Shown here: in pieces, positions 1-13,004 of the stretch
How positions within the stretch are numbered: the stretch's first letter is position 1
Layout of the letters: each line of letters starts with the position of its first letter
Assembly: GCF_000143415.4 (NCBI RefSeq)
Contig: NW_003314372.1
Span: 587,800-631,273, forward strand
Direction: 5' to 3'
Length of the DNA stretch: 43,474 bases
Source: Selaginella moellendorffii
Taxonomy: Eukaryota; Plantae; Lycopodiophyta
Translations under genes and position numbers: made by a program
Notes under the pieces: generated by a model
Told to the model about the DNA's origin: nothing
Databases searched by the model: none
What the model saw: the letters and a program-made list of their open reading frames with translations, nothing else

Positions 1-859
1 GGATTGATATTAGTTGTAAGATGAATGTTGTAGACATGCTAATTTGAAAATACACTTTGAACTCATAGCAACATTTTTATTTAATTTAGAGTTATCTTTA
101 ATATTTAAGTTTATTAGTAAATTCCTTAGCATTTTTAATGTAATTTTATATAACTATTTCATTTTAATATTATGTATTATATTTTAATTTATCCTATAAT
201 GCTAGAATTCTGCTATAATGCTACAATAATATTATACTTATAATTTATATCAATATATTTGTATTCTCATGTTTTTATGAAATTTTCGTTTTCTCTAGAT
301 TAAAAATTTGTGTTTTTTTATCATATCTTTAAAATTTTGTTAAACTTCGATTTTAATTATGAACTATAATTGCTATAAATTGGCTATAAACTAATGTTGC
401 ACCAACTTTCCATATATTTTTATTATTGTGAATATTCAAGTGAAATGACTATAAAATGATGATTAACATACATTACTCCCTCTTTCTATTTTATTCTAAA
501 ACCTTAGCAATGTACTCATCAAGAAAGCTTAACATGATTAATGGAATCACAAGTCCTCAATCATCAACCATTTTGGAGGTTCTGGTACCATCTAGGCTTT
601 TCAGAGTATTTACTTAATAAATATTCAGTTTTAAATGGTGATTATTCAGACAACAGTCATGCCCTGGCATGGAATTGAAGAGAACTCGACATTCTTCCAA
701 GTGATCTAGCTTCTGGGCCTCAACAACAATTGGTTATGCTGAGGCATGTTCTAAAAGGCCTCCATACAGACCCATTACCAAACACATAGATTTTCCTGCT
801 CATTGCTTAGGATCCTGCTGCTTCTCTTTGCTCTCGTTAGCTGTAAAAGCCTGAATTCA

Positions 860-2215
860 AATACTTTATGATTTGAAAAGTACACACAAAGTGGGAACGC
901 TGGGTTGTATTCCACCACCTGTATATTTTCGTAAAGAAATATCCCTGTCTGGCCATGAAATATTTCATCAAGTTCAAAGCAGTAACATTGTAGTGACTCA
1001 CGTGCTAGAGACTCCTGTTAGGGAGCTGAATATCACGTCACCAAGAATAAGAGAGTACTTTTCAACTTCTTGTAATACAAAAGTGCAGTCAAATTTACCA
1101 CCATGGCCAGCAACATCAATCAAAACACTAAAGAAAATCTGCACAATGAAAATCAAGTAAACACACAAAATGAAATTAGATCACAAATCATTACCTCATC
1201 TGGTTTCACATGTTCTTCCTTCATGTCATTGTAGATGGAAAATGATTGCTGCATGCATGAACAGCTGCTGTATAAGGCTCCAGGGATCCTTGGATTTCAC
1301 ACTTGTGCATCATGGTGTAAACTACGGAGTTTCCCTGAAAAATTTGGCTGTCACAACAAAGCCACAGAAATCATAAAAACTACTTACATCTCCTGCTTTT
1401 GAGCATGCGTCCATGAGAAAACACATTATGGCGTGATTTGGATCTATAGGACTTTCAGACTTCAACTCTGTGAAGACCTCTAATGCTCTTTTCACTGCTC
1501 CTGACCGAAGCTTTGATTCGCTACTTGAAAATGACTCAATCGGATTTTATTTTCTGTCTAACAATGGATTACATAAAGTTGCTGCTAATTGTTGAATCAA
1601 ATGGCATAAACCTTTGAGAGCATGATCCTGTAAATTCCAAAAGCAATAGCGAGTTCGCCAGTTTGGGTGCAGCCATCGATGATTGCTCCATATGTAAGAA
1701 AGCTGGCTTCAACACAAACACTTTCCATTTCACGGAAAACCTGCGCTATAACTGAGTTACTCCAACGAAGGACAGGACCAAAATTTCTTGCTTGAAAGAT
1801 AAGATCCATCTTAAGAGCTATTGAACAACGTTGAGATTAGTGTAGTACAAATCATGCAATCTGGCTTACAACCAGCTTGTTTCAGCGCCTAAAAAGCTCC
1901 AAAACCCCTACACCTGGCATCCCATGTCATGTCAAAACAAGTACTTCAAAACCTTAAAAAAATGCTTAATACCATTTACGTTGCAGCAGACTGAAAGAAG
2001 CATATTATATCAACAGTCACTTTGCATAATCAAGCTATGTACTCGACATAAACCATGGAGACTATAGGTGGCCTGTCGCAAGTCATCTCTTCTCCTCCAG
2101 TAATCCTGCTAAGCAATAAGCAACAAGTAAGCAATGCAAAGCTTACACCATATCATTCACTGTTAACTTTCACAAAGGCTGGCTTAAATTCCATGCTTGG
2201 CAGACTCTGAATCAT
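860..2215 (-). pseudogene. MRL1: Captured fragment of an MRL1-like chloroplast PPR protein gene (intron-containing, with stops and frameshifts)
   Basis: Minus-strand translations GAF*ALKQAGCKPDCMICTTLIST, QVFREMESVCVEASFLTYGAIIDGCTQTGELAIAFGIYRIMLSK and FFSVLIDVAGHGGKFD match the consecutive PPR motifs I recall for plant MRL1 (GLKPDCKLYTTLISTC / TYGALIDGCARAGQVAKAFGAYGIMRSK / FLSALIDVAGHAGKLD). Confidence 0.75.
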
Positions 2216-2604
2216 GTAAATATGTGGTAGTTATTCTCTCTGTCCCAGTAGAGAATTTTCCTACTCTTTAGTGCTACTGATATCAGATATAAAATCAGGT
2301 GTGTGTGTGAGAGAGAGAGAGAGAGAGAATTTACAGTGGATCGCCACTTCACTCTTTTGTTTGTTTGTTTTTTTTTTTCTCATCTAGAACATTTTACTCT
2401 TCCCTCACTGCACCAAAAAGGCTTGCAATTTTCAAAAGCAGCGTGTGAAGGTACAGTTGAATACCCATTCTTTGTGTGGGTGGCAGCAGTGTGATAATGT
2501 GCGTAGGCATCCCCCCCAGAGAGGAGTGCCTCCACCCACTAGGTCCTGGTGGTTCCACAGCGCCCTGCAGGGAAGACCTCCCTCATTACACACACACACA
2601 ATTT

Positions 2605-2714
2605 TTTTTTTAACCTTGTAAACAATCAAAATGTCCAACTTTGTAAAATTAGAAAATAAGATTTATTTATCTTGAGTATGTTTTATCTCCCAGCGGAGCT
2701 GGGGTCTTTGCTAT
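2605..2714 (+). mobile_element. Internal, inverted Helitron 3'-terminus copy (hairpin + CTAT)
   Basis: Hairpin CCCAGC-GGA-GCTGGG at 2689-2703, then CTAT at 2711-2714. The ~110 bp align with the reverse complement of 4721-4830. Confidence 0.75.
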
Positions 2715-3535
2715 AATAGTACTACACAATAGGAATAAAGCAGGTAGGTAGAGAACAAAAACAAGTGCCCACACCTGGACATATTCCATAGCAAGGAAAA
2801 AAGCTATTTTGATTCACTAAGATCAAGGTACAGTTCAGTATAGTACTTTTTTCTTTTATAAGTACAGAATTTTTTAAACTCTTACAGATTCGAAAATTCA
2901 TGGCCTCTGTTGTAGCAAGAAACTGTGTTGTTGGGATCCAAGGCAGTCCTCCTACAAACACCAGATAAAGTAATAATATCACAAATTATAAATACTAACC
3001 TGTAGCCAGCAACGAAGTAATGGACAACAATGAAGATTTCAAATTGGCAAGCTTATCGGACTCATATCTCGTTACCCATTATACATTTAGCATTGACCAT
3101 TGAGCATCATAGACCAAAAGAAGAAAAACAAGAAGAAAAAGAAGGGCAAGAACATCATGAAGAAGAAAAAGAAAAAGCTTAACAAACACAACAAAGTGAA
3201 AGCTTGGAAATGGAATAGAAAACGAAGCCTACAGACATATGTCCTTTCAGAACCTTTCTTTAGTTGGTTGAATTTTCCTATTTCTTGTACAGAGGTTGAA
3301 CTTCGTCAAATTATGAGCGCTAGCTTCCCTGTATTTGGACCATGTCAAAGGATTTCTTAAGGATGGAAACACTTATCAGAGGCAGCAGACACGGTTTATG
3401 ACGACTTAGCTTGGATTATAAGAGCCTTGTATCAGTGGCCCATTTCATCACAGAACGATGCTCATCTTCGGATCATTGATCACTGCCAAGAAAATTCGAG
3501 GAGGAAGAAGACATGCCAAGCTGCAATACCTGAGG

Positions 3536-4123
3536 ATGGGAAGTTGGAGAGGGAACATTTTGGTTTTGCTTCTGCTGTCTCTGAGCTTGGGCGTTTTGGC
3601 TCATGATGAGAGTGGAGTACACAAGAATGGCTACCACAGTTACTCGAGATCCTGTACTTAAGCCGAGAGGATCATCAGGGACACCCTTAGCAAGCACACC
3701 GATTGGGAGAGGACGCTACCAGCAGGAGTTCTTCACTTGCACTTCCACGACTGTTTCGTTGACAGGAGAGCTTTGCAAGATTTAAATTCTGGTCTGCTAA
3801 CTTTGCTGTTCTTCAGGGCTGTGATGGATCGGTTCTTCTTGACTCAACTCCCACCGATGGAAGTAAAGTGTAAAAATTGTCCCTTCCAAGCTTCATGTCC
3901 ACAAAGAGCTATCCCTGCGCTCACACTCTAGCCATAGCTGCCAGAGATTCAACCGACATGGTAAGTTTAGCATCTTTTTAGAAACACTGGATCAAATTCT
4001 AAGATGGAGAGGAAAGAATTACCAAGTCCCAACTGGACGTTACAACAGAAGAGTTCTCATCCAGGAACGCGGCAACACCTTACAATCTCCGTTTGAGAAT
4101 GTGTCAGTTCTCATTAAACAAAC
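3536..4123 (+). pseudogene. Captured 5' fragment of a class III secretory peroxidase gene
   Basis: Signal peptide MGSWRGNILVLLLLSLSLGVLA, then YSRSCT*AERII, the distal-His motif LHFHDCFV, GCDGSVLLDST, LAIAARDS and VPTGRY. In-frame stop at 3659-3661, frameshifts, and no C-terminal half. Confidence 0.85.
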
Positions 4124-4605
4124 ACTGGTTATTTTGATCGGCTCCAAAACTGTAAAACAGCTGTAAATCACAAAATCTTAGGATTGTACTCCACACAGAC
4201 CACTGCAAGAATACAGCACTCATATATTCTCTGCCTTTCAATTCTTTAACGATAGAAAACTGCAACAGAACGACATTGCATTAGTTTTAAAAAGAAAGAA
4301 GAAAATTGATTACAAATTCACCGTACCTGGTTTCAAATTTCATTACACAAGATCTGGAAAGAACTGCAGGATCTTGCTCGATAAATTTAGTTTCCTTCAT
4401 AAACCTAAAATTTCCAAAGCTACGAATCTAGAATTCAAGAGGCACCACCGTTTTTGCCACCATGTAACAATCTTCACCGTTCTTTTGGAGCGTCACAGAT
4501 TTAGTCTGTCCGATTGGGAGCATCCACCATAAGTAAAAATGGATATTCTAAAAATGAAATATGTGACGCCGATGCCAAAATAGCAACTTTAAATAAAGAG
4601 TTTGA

Positions 4606-4720
4606 TGAAAAGCCATAACCGTTTTAAGAGAGTGTTACATCTAAGCCATCCATCCTAAAATTCTAAGGGTAAGAGAATATCTGTCCCCCGATGCCAATAG
4701 CACTTTTAAATAAAGAAGTA
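4606..4720 (-). mobile_element. ~115 bp Helitron 5'-end-like junction module
   Basis: Minus strand TACTTCTTTATTTAAAAGTGCTATTGGCATCGG resembles the element A 5' end (TCTTTATTTAAAGTTGCTATTTTGGCATCGG). Homologous to 27013-27133; 4665-4726 is identical to 27078-27139. Confidence 0.65.
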
Positions 4721-7700
4721 CTAGCAGAGACCCTAGCTCCGCTGGGAAATATAACATACCCAAGATAAATAGATCTTCTTTTCTAATTTTAGAATGTTAG
4801 AAATTTTTATTGTATACAGTGTTGAGATAAACATCTCTAGAGTAATACTTTGCTCTAATAATGCAATTAGATAATAATGCATGTGTTAAGGAAGAAAAAA
4901 TCAATTATTTATCATCATGAAATTTAAATTTGAGTTTTTTTTATTGCCTTTTCAAAAAGGTGCACAACCCTAAACACATCCACAAGATTGCTGCCAACCT
5001 TTAAAAAAAATTGATTTTTCACAAAATCAAAGAATTATACCAAAGAATAATAGGTTTTATAACTGGTTTGGTGAAGTTATAAATTTAATTGTGTACTGAG
5101 TTAACTTCTTTATTACCTGAATTGTAATGATGCCTTTAAAATTTATAGTTTACTAAAGAATAATAGAATTTCTATTATGTATCTCGTTTTGCATTTAAAA
5201 ACATACATAAGCAAATTTATCCAGATTTCTACCAATACCAATGGCAATAGAGAATAGTTCTAGACATATTGAGAAATTATAAATTGACCAAACCTAAGAA
5301 ATGTAGAATATTTATTTGCAACATAAGAAGATAATGTAATTTTTCTATAAAAGTTTTAATTATGCAATACTCTAAAAGAAATATTCAAACTATAGTTATA
5401 TGGTGAGTGAGAACCACCAAATTCTTTATACATTTTATATACATGAAAGAAAAACTATCTCTTATTTGCTATTACTTGTGCCAAAAGTTTTGTTTTATTT
5501 GGGTATGTATAAAGGATCTAAAAAGCTGCTGGTGCTTCTTTTTTACTTTTTTGCTAGTGTATTGACAGGCTTTTATTTTTATATAATAGATAAATAATAT
5601 TAAAAGCTAATTGTGCCAATGTAGAAATAATACTTTGCCATGACAAATCATGGAAGATGAGGAAAGATAAAGTAAAATATTAAAGCTTTAGTTTACCATC
5701 CACCTGGAGATATAAAAGTTTTTAATATTAATAATATTATGTATTTCAAAAGAGTAGGAACATCTTTATATTTTATTTCTTGCTTCAAATACCAAATCCA
5801 TTATCTGGTTCTGAACTAATAACTTTCCACAAGCCTAATATGAAATTCTTATATTTTAATATTCAAATTCACTGCTTGAGCTCTGCATTAATATTGAACT
5901 CACTAAGTAAGTTACACAAATTGCTACCATGTTTATATTAAACCTCACAGAAATAGAGAATGGTTCTTGGTATCTAATAAGTATAAAATATCTCATATAC
6001 ATACAAATATGAAATCCATTTCATAGTAATATCTCAAAAAGTATCTACCTCTTATATATTTTTTATTAATCTTCTTGCTCATAACATTATATAATTTTTC
6101 AGCATCTTTACATAGATTTTATCTTTAGTTAAAATACTGACACATATATTATATAAATATTTTGTTATTGCTCTGCAATTGTATTATGTCAATCCCTGAG
6201 AGTTGTTACCTAAGCATGACTAAAATATCCAGTTTTTTCATAAGGGTAACTTAAGTTTAAATGAAATACAGAAGTTAATTGTTTCCAAATAGAGCACAAC
6301 TATGTGTCATATTTGCAAGATCCTCTGGAAAATATAGAGAATAAATTTTTTTAAAATATAAAATATTAATACACCTCAAAAACCTTTCCAACCAGAACAT
6401 GCTTTAGTATTAGATCAAGAATGTGTAATACATTTTGCAACACTAAGATTACTATGAAAATTAAATGATGAAGAGAAAATATACTTGTGAAAGAAAAACT
6501 TAAAATAAGGAGAAGGAAAACTTGTAGAAATACAATTTTAAAATACTAAAAAGTCTGGTTTATATGAACTTCTTAGTAAAAGGTATTAGGCTATAATGTA
6601 GTAGAATAGCTCTCAATTAAATATCCAGATTGATAGGAATAATGTTGAACATAATAAACCATACTTCATTAATATTATAATTAGGTTATATCATGCTTGT
6701 AAGCTCTATATGCAAGTTATCATTTCAAACACATTAAAACTTTTTAAAACATTAAACAATTTTAGTAAATATTGTCTCTAGCAAAACATTAAAAATCATA
6801 TATCACTAAAAATCTTGAAACTTTAATTTTAACAATACCATAATAAATAATTATGCATTACTACTTTTTATTTATCAAATAATATAAAGAAGGACATGAT
6901 TACAAACATACTAACATCTAACACATTGATATGTTCATATTAATATTATTATCTTTTTATATAGTACAATATTGAATGTTTNNNNNNNNNNNNNNNNNNN
7001 NNNNNNNNNNNNNNNNNNNNNNNNNNNNNNNNNNNNNNNNNNNNNNNNNNNNNNNNNNNNNNNNNNNNNNNNNNNNNNNNNTAGTAATTAATATTTATAT
7101 AATTAAACATGAGGTTATTTTATTTTATATTTAAATTGTTATATCAAGCCTATCATTTGTAAACAAAATGTTATTAGTGCATTTTATCCTCTGTACTTCG
7201 TCATTATCCTATTTTAAAAATTAGAACAATGGAATCTAAAATTTAAAGAATAGAAAATAAGCATAAATTAAGGTCTAATATATTATAAAAGACATCAATA
7301 ATATAGTTTCATAGAAATGATATAGCATTATATACATGTAATACAAATAAAAATATTTATTTTAAAATAAAATCTATAAAAATAACATATAGATTAAAAA
7401 AATTATATATCATTAAATATTTTTTTAAATAGGAAAAAATAAGCTAATCCCTAATATTTGTCATAATATGTCTTTTAAATTTTCTTGTATGTTCTCAACA
7501 CCAAATGCATTATCTGATGTTTAAGTAAAAAACTTTTGCTGGATAATTTTTAAATTGTTAATTATTAATATACAAATTCACTTTTTGGTACTTGGTGACA
7601 ATATTTTTACATTTTGTCATGTTGTGAAACTCATTTTTAACACTTTCATTTCATGTCCACTATCTAGATACCTTAAATTAAAAATTCGAATGCCTAGCAC

Positions 7701-9738
7701 TTTCTAATCAACATGCTATGTCTAAAACTCATGAACCAATAGCACTAAAAGAATTATATTTCTAAATTTAACTCAATTTTAAATTTGAAATATTTTAAAC
7801 TTACTCCACATTAATAGTTACTAACTCTTGATGTTTAATAATAATTTTATGGAGAACATAGATTTACTCATAACATTTCTCTATATAACTATTTTTAATC
7901 ATGGACAAATTCAAGAAATGAGTTTAAATATTTTGCAAACTGGATATCTATTAAAATGAAAAAACTATAAAAGCTAATTTAATTGAAAGTATATATTCTA
8001 TAAAAGTTTAGGTCTTTATGAACTTCAGTTTCATTAAGATGAGATAATGTTTCAGATAAAACATAAATAAAAAACATATTTTATAAAAATTCTATAAACT
8101 TTCAGATATATATTATTAATATTTAATTTTACTGCATTTATAACATATTATTTTATTAAAATTATTTAGTAATTTACTGGTTAATATGACTATTTTAAAA
8201 AATTTATAATAAAATTATAGGAATTTCAATAAAGATAACCTAAAAAATTTAAACAAAAATAAGATAAAAGCTTCAAAAAAGTAAATACAACAAGACATAG
8301 ATTTAATTCTTTTATTAAAATTTTTGATGATATCATATTAAATGAATAAATATGAATAATTATGTTTTACTTTTTTTTTTTTTTTTAAGATTTATAATTT
8401 TGAATATAAAGATATTTTAAGTATATAAACATTTTAGCCTATTCAGAAAGACCACTGAAAAGTACTTTCTGATTATTGTAATGTTGGTTATATATGTTGA
8501 CATAATAAGTGAATGATTTTTAGCTTCTTTACTAAAAGAGTAATATACATGGTATGATTTATTTTATCATTCATCTTGAAGTTAAAATATCAATAGATTA
8601 GTAAATGTTTGTACATATGATGTAATTATAAAATATTGAAGCTTATCGAAAGATATTTTTAAACATAATAAGAATTTATATAATTCTACTTTAAAACATT
8701 TACAATTTATTTAGTGAAATTATTATTTTTAATTGTTAATTCAGATACTATTCATCAGATTATATGAAATCTTCATACCATTACTGCACTTTTCTCAAAC
8801 ACTTTTTCCACTATCTACATAAATATAAAATATTAAAACTATTTTAAAAAACATTATATAAAAGCAATATATTTTAGCTGGGATTGATATTAGTTGTAAG
8901 ATGAATGTTGTAGAAAATGCTAATTTGAAAATACACTTTGAACTCATAGCAACATTTTTATTTGATTTAGAGTTATCTTTAATATTTAAGTTTATTAGGA
9001 AATTCCTTAGCATTTTTAATGTAATTTCAATAACTATTTCATTTTAGTATTATTTATTATATTTTAATTTATCCTATAATGCTAGAATTCTGCTATAATG
9101 CTACAATAATATTATAATTATAATTTATATCAATATATTTGTATTCTCATGTTTTTATGAAATTTTCGTTTTCTCTAGATTAAAAATTTATGCATTTTAT
9201 CATATCTTTAAAATTTTGTTAAACTTCGATTTTAATTANNNNNNNNNNNNNNNNNNNNNNNNNNNNNNNNNNNNNNNNNNNNNNNNNNNNNNNNNNNNNN
9301 NNNNNNNNNNNNNNNNNNNNNNNNNNNNNNNNNNNNNNNNNNNNNNNNNNNNNNNNNNNNNNNNNNNNNNNNNNNNNNNNNNNNNNNNNNNNNNNNNNNN
9401 NNNNNNNNNNNCATGATTAATGGAATCACAAGTCCTCAATCATCAACCATTTTGGAGGTTCTGGTACCATCTAGGCTTTTCAGAGTATTTACTTAATAAA
9501 TATTCAGTTTTAAATGGTGATTATTCAGACAACAGTCATGCCCTGGCATGGAATTGAAGAGAACTCGACATTCTTCCAAGTGATCTAGCTTCTGGGCCTC
9601 AACAACAATTGGTTATGCTGAGGCATGTTCTAAAAGGCCTCCATACAGACCCATTACCAAACACATAGATTTTCCTGCTCATTGCTTAGGATCCTGCTGC
9701 TTCTCTTTGCTCTTGTTAGCTGTAAAAGCCTGAATTCA

Positions 9739-11095
9739 AATACTTTATGATTTGAAAAGTACACACAAAGTGGGAACGCTGGGTTGTATTCCACCACCTG
9801 TATATTTTCGTAAAGAAATATCCCTGTCTGGCCATGAAATATTTCATCAAGTTCAAAGCAGTAACATTGTAGTGACTCACGTGCTAGAGACTCCTGTTAG
9901 GGAGCTGAATATCACATCACCAAGAATAAGAGAGTACATTTCAACTTCTTGTAATACAAAAGTGCAGTCAAATTTACCACCATGGCCAGCAACATCAATC
10001 AAAACACTAAAGAAAATCTGCACAATGAAAATCAAGTAAACACACAAAATGAAATTAGATCACAAATCATTACCTCATCTGGTTTCACATGTTCTTCCTT
10101 CATGTCATTGTAGATGGAAAATGATTGCTGCATGCATGAACAGCTGCTGTATAAGGCTCCAGGGATCCTTGGATTCCACACTTGTGCATCATGGTGTAAA
10201 CTACGGAGTTTCCCTGAAAAATTTGGCTGTCACAACAAAGCCACAGAAATCATAAAAACCACTTACATCTCCTGCTTTTGAGCATGCGTCCATGAGAAAA
10301 CACATTATGGCGTGATTTGGATCTATAGGACTTTCAGACTTCAACTCTGTGAAGACCTCTAATGCTCTTTTCACTGCTCCTGACCGAAGCTTTGATTAGC
10401 TACTTGAAAATGACTCAATCGGATTTTATTTTCTGTCTGACAATGGATTACATAAAGTTGCTGCTAATTGTTGAATCAAATGGCATAAACCTTTGAGAGC
10501 ATGATCCTGTAAATTCCAAAAGCAATAGCGAGTTCGCCAGTTTGGGTGCAGCCATCGATGATTGCTCCATATGTAAGAAAGCTGGCTTCAACACAAACAC
10601 TTTCCATTTCACGGAAAACCTGCGCTATAACTGAGTTACTCCAACGAAGGACAGGACCAAAATTTCTTGCTTGAAAGATAAGATCCATCTTAAGAGCTAT
10701 TGAACAACGTTGAGATTAGTGTAGTACAAATCATGCAATCTGGCTTACAACCAGCTTGTTTCAGCGCCTAAAAAGCTCCAAAACCCCTACACCTGGCATC
10801 CCATGTCATGTCAAAACAAGTACTTCAAAACCTTAAAAAAATGCTTAATACCATTTACGTTGCAGCAGACTGAAAGAAGCATATTATATCAACAGTCACT
10901 TTGCATAATCAAGCTATGTACTCGACATAAACCATGGAGACTATAGGTGGCCTGTCGCAAGTCATCTCTTCTCCTCCAGTAATCCTGCTAAGCAATAAGC
11001 AACAAGTAAGCAATGCAAAGCTTACACCATATCATTCACTGTTAACTTTCACAAAGGCTGGCTTAAATTCCATGCTTGGCAGACTCTGAATCATG
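9739..11095 (-). pseudogene. MRL1: Second copy of the MRL1-like PPR fragment
   Basis: Duplicate of 860-2215; ORF 10476-10688 translates identically to 1597-1809. Confidence 0.75.
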
Positions 11096-11482
11096 TAAAT
11101 ATGTGGTAGTTATTCTCTCTGTCCCAGTAGAGAATTTTCCTACTCTTTAGTGCTACTGATATCAGATATAAAATCAGGTGTGTGTGTGTGTGAGAGAGAG
11201 AGAGAATTTACAGTGGATCGCCACTTCACTCTTTTGTTTGTTTGTTTTTTTTTTTCTCATCTAGAACATTTTACTCTTCCCTCACTGCACCAAAAAGGCT
11301 TGCAATTTTCAAAAGTAGCGTGTGAAGGTACAGTTGAATACCCATTCTTTGTGTGGGTGGCAGCAGTGTGATAATGTGCGTAGGCATCCCCCCCAGAGAG
11401 GAGTGCCTCCACCCATTAGGTCCTGGTGGTTCCACAGCGCCCTGCAGGGAAGACCTCCCTCATTACACACACACACAAATTT

Positions 11483-11591
11483 TTTTTTAACCTTGTAAAC
11501 AATCAAAATGTCTAACTTTGTAAAATTAGAAAATAAGATTTATTTATCTTGAGTATGTTATATCTCCCAGCGGAGCTGGGGTCTTTGCTAT
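11483..11591 (+). mobile_element. Internal inverted Helitron 3'-terminus copy in element A
   Basis: CCCAGC-GGA-GCTGGG at 11566-11580 and CTAT at 11588-11591. Confidence 0.75.
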
Positions 11592-12416
11592 AATAGTACT
11601 ACACAATAGGAATAAAGCAGGTAGGTAGAGAACAAAAACAAGTGCCCACACCTGGACATATTCCATAGCAAGGAAAAAAGCTATTTTGATTCACTAAGAT
11701 CAAGGTACAGTTCAGTATAGTACTTTTTTTCTTTTATAAGTACAGAATTTTTTAAATTCTTACAGATTCGAAAATTCATGGCCTCTGTTGTAGCAAGAAA
11801 GTGTGTTGTTGGGATCCAAGGCAGTCCTCCTACAAACACCAGATAAAGTAATAATATCACTAATTATAAATACTAACCTGTAGCCAGCAACGAAGTAATG
11901 GACAACAATGAAGATTTCAAATTGGCAAGCTTATCGGACTCATATCTCGTTACCCATTATACATTTAGCATTGACCATTGAGCATCATAGACCAAAAGAA
12001 GAAAAACAAGAAGAAAAAGAAGGGCAAGAACATCGTGAAGAAGAAGAAAAAGAAAAAGCTTAACAAACACAACAAAGTGAAAGCTTGGAAATGGAATAGA
12101 AAACGCAGCCTACAGACATATGTCCTTTCAGAACCTTTCTTTAGTTGGTTGAATTTTCCTATTTCTTGTACAGAGGTTGAACTTCGTCAAATAATGAGCG
12201 CTAGCTTCCCTATATTTGGACCATGTCAAAGGATTTCTTAAGGATGGAAACACTTATCAGAGGCAGCAGACACGGTTTATGACGACTTAGCTTGGATTAT
12301 AAGAGCCTTGTATCAGTGGCCCATTTCATCACAGAACGATGCTCATCTTCGGATCATCGATCACTGCCAAGAAAATTCGAGGAGGAAGAAGACATGCCAA
12401 GCTGCAATACCTGAGG

Positions 12417-13004
12417 ATGGGAAGTTGGAGAGGGAACATTTTGGTTTTGCTTCTGCTGTCTCTGAGCTTGGGCGTTTTGGCTCATGATGAGAGTGGAGTA
12501 CACAAGAATGGCTACCACAGTTACTCGAGATCCTGTACTTAAGCCGAGAGGATCATCAGGGACACCCTTAGCAAGCACACCGATTGGGAGAGGACGATAC
12601 CAGCAGGAGTTCTTCACTTGCACTTCCACGACTGTTTCGTTGACAGGAGAGCTTTGCAAGATTTAAATTCTGGTCTGCTAACTTTGCTGTTCTTCAGGGC
12701 TATGATGGATCGGTTCTTCTTGACTCAACTCCCACCGATGGAAGTAAAGTGTAAAAATTGTCCCTTCCAAGCTTCATGTCCACCAAGAGCTATCCCTGCG
12801 CTCACACTCTAGCCATAGCTGCCAGAGATTCAACCGTCATGGTAAGTTTAGCATCTTTTTAGAAACACTGGATCAAATTCTAAGATGGAGAGGAAAGAAT
12901 TACCAAGTCCCAACTGGACGTTACAACAGAAGAGTTCCCATCCAGGAACGCGGCAACACCTTACAATCTCCGTTTGAGAATGTGTCAGTTCTCATTAAAC
13001 AAAC
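12417..13004 (+). pseudogene. Second copy of the class III peroxidase fragment
   Basis: Duplicate of 3536-4123 with the same stop (12540-12542) and the HFHDCFV motif. Confidence 0.85.

Larger units (their letters stand above)
1..4605 (-). mobile_element. Non-autonomous Helitron-like element A' (5' part; continues left of the window)
   Basis: Near-identical to 8882-13486. Similarity stops at 4605-4608, where the minus strand reads A|TCAAACTCTTTATTTAAAG, a Helitron-type A|TC 5' end. Same cargo as element A. Confidence 0.7.

Noticed and set aside
2489-2593. GC-rich 105 bp island with GTGTGATAATG...CATTACACAC ends as a MITE
   Set aside because: The inverted ends are short, imperfect and overlap a CA microsatellite; no TSD.
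3100-3360. Lysine-rich ORF (also 11978-12241)
   Set aside because: Arises from an AAG/AAA-rich low-complexity tract with a non-ATG start; no recognisable family.
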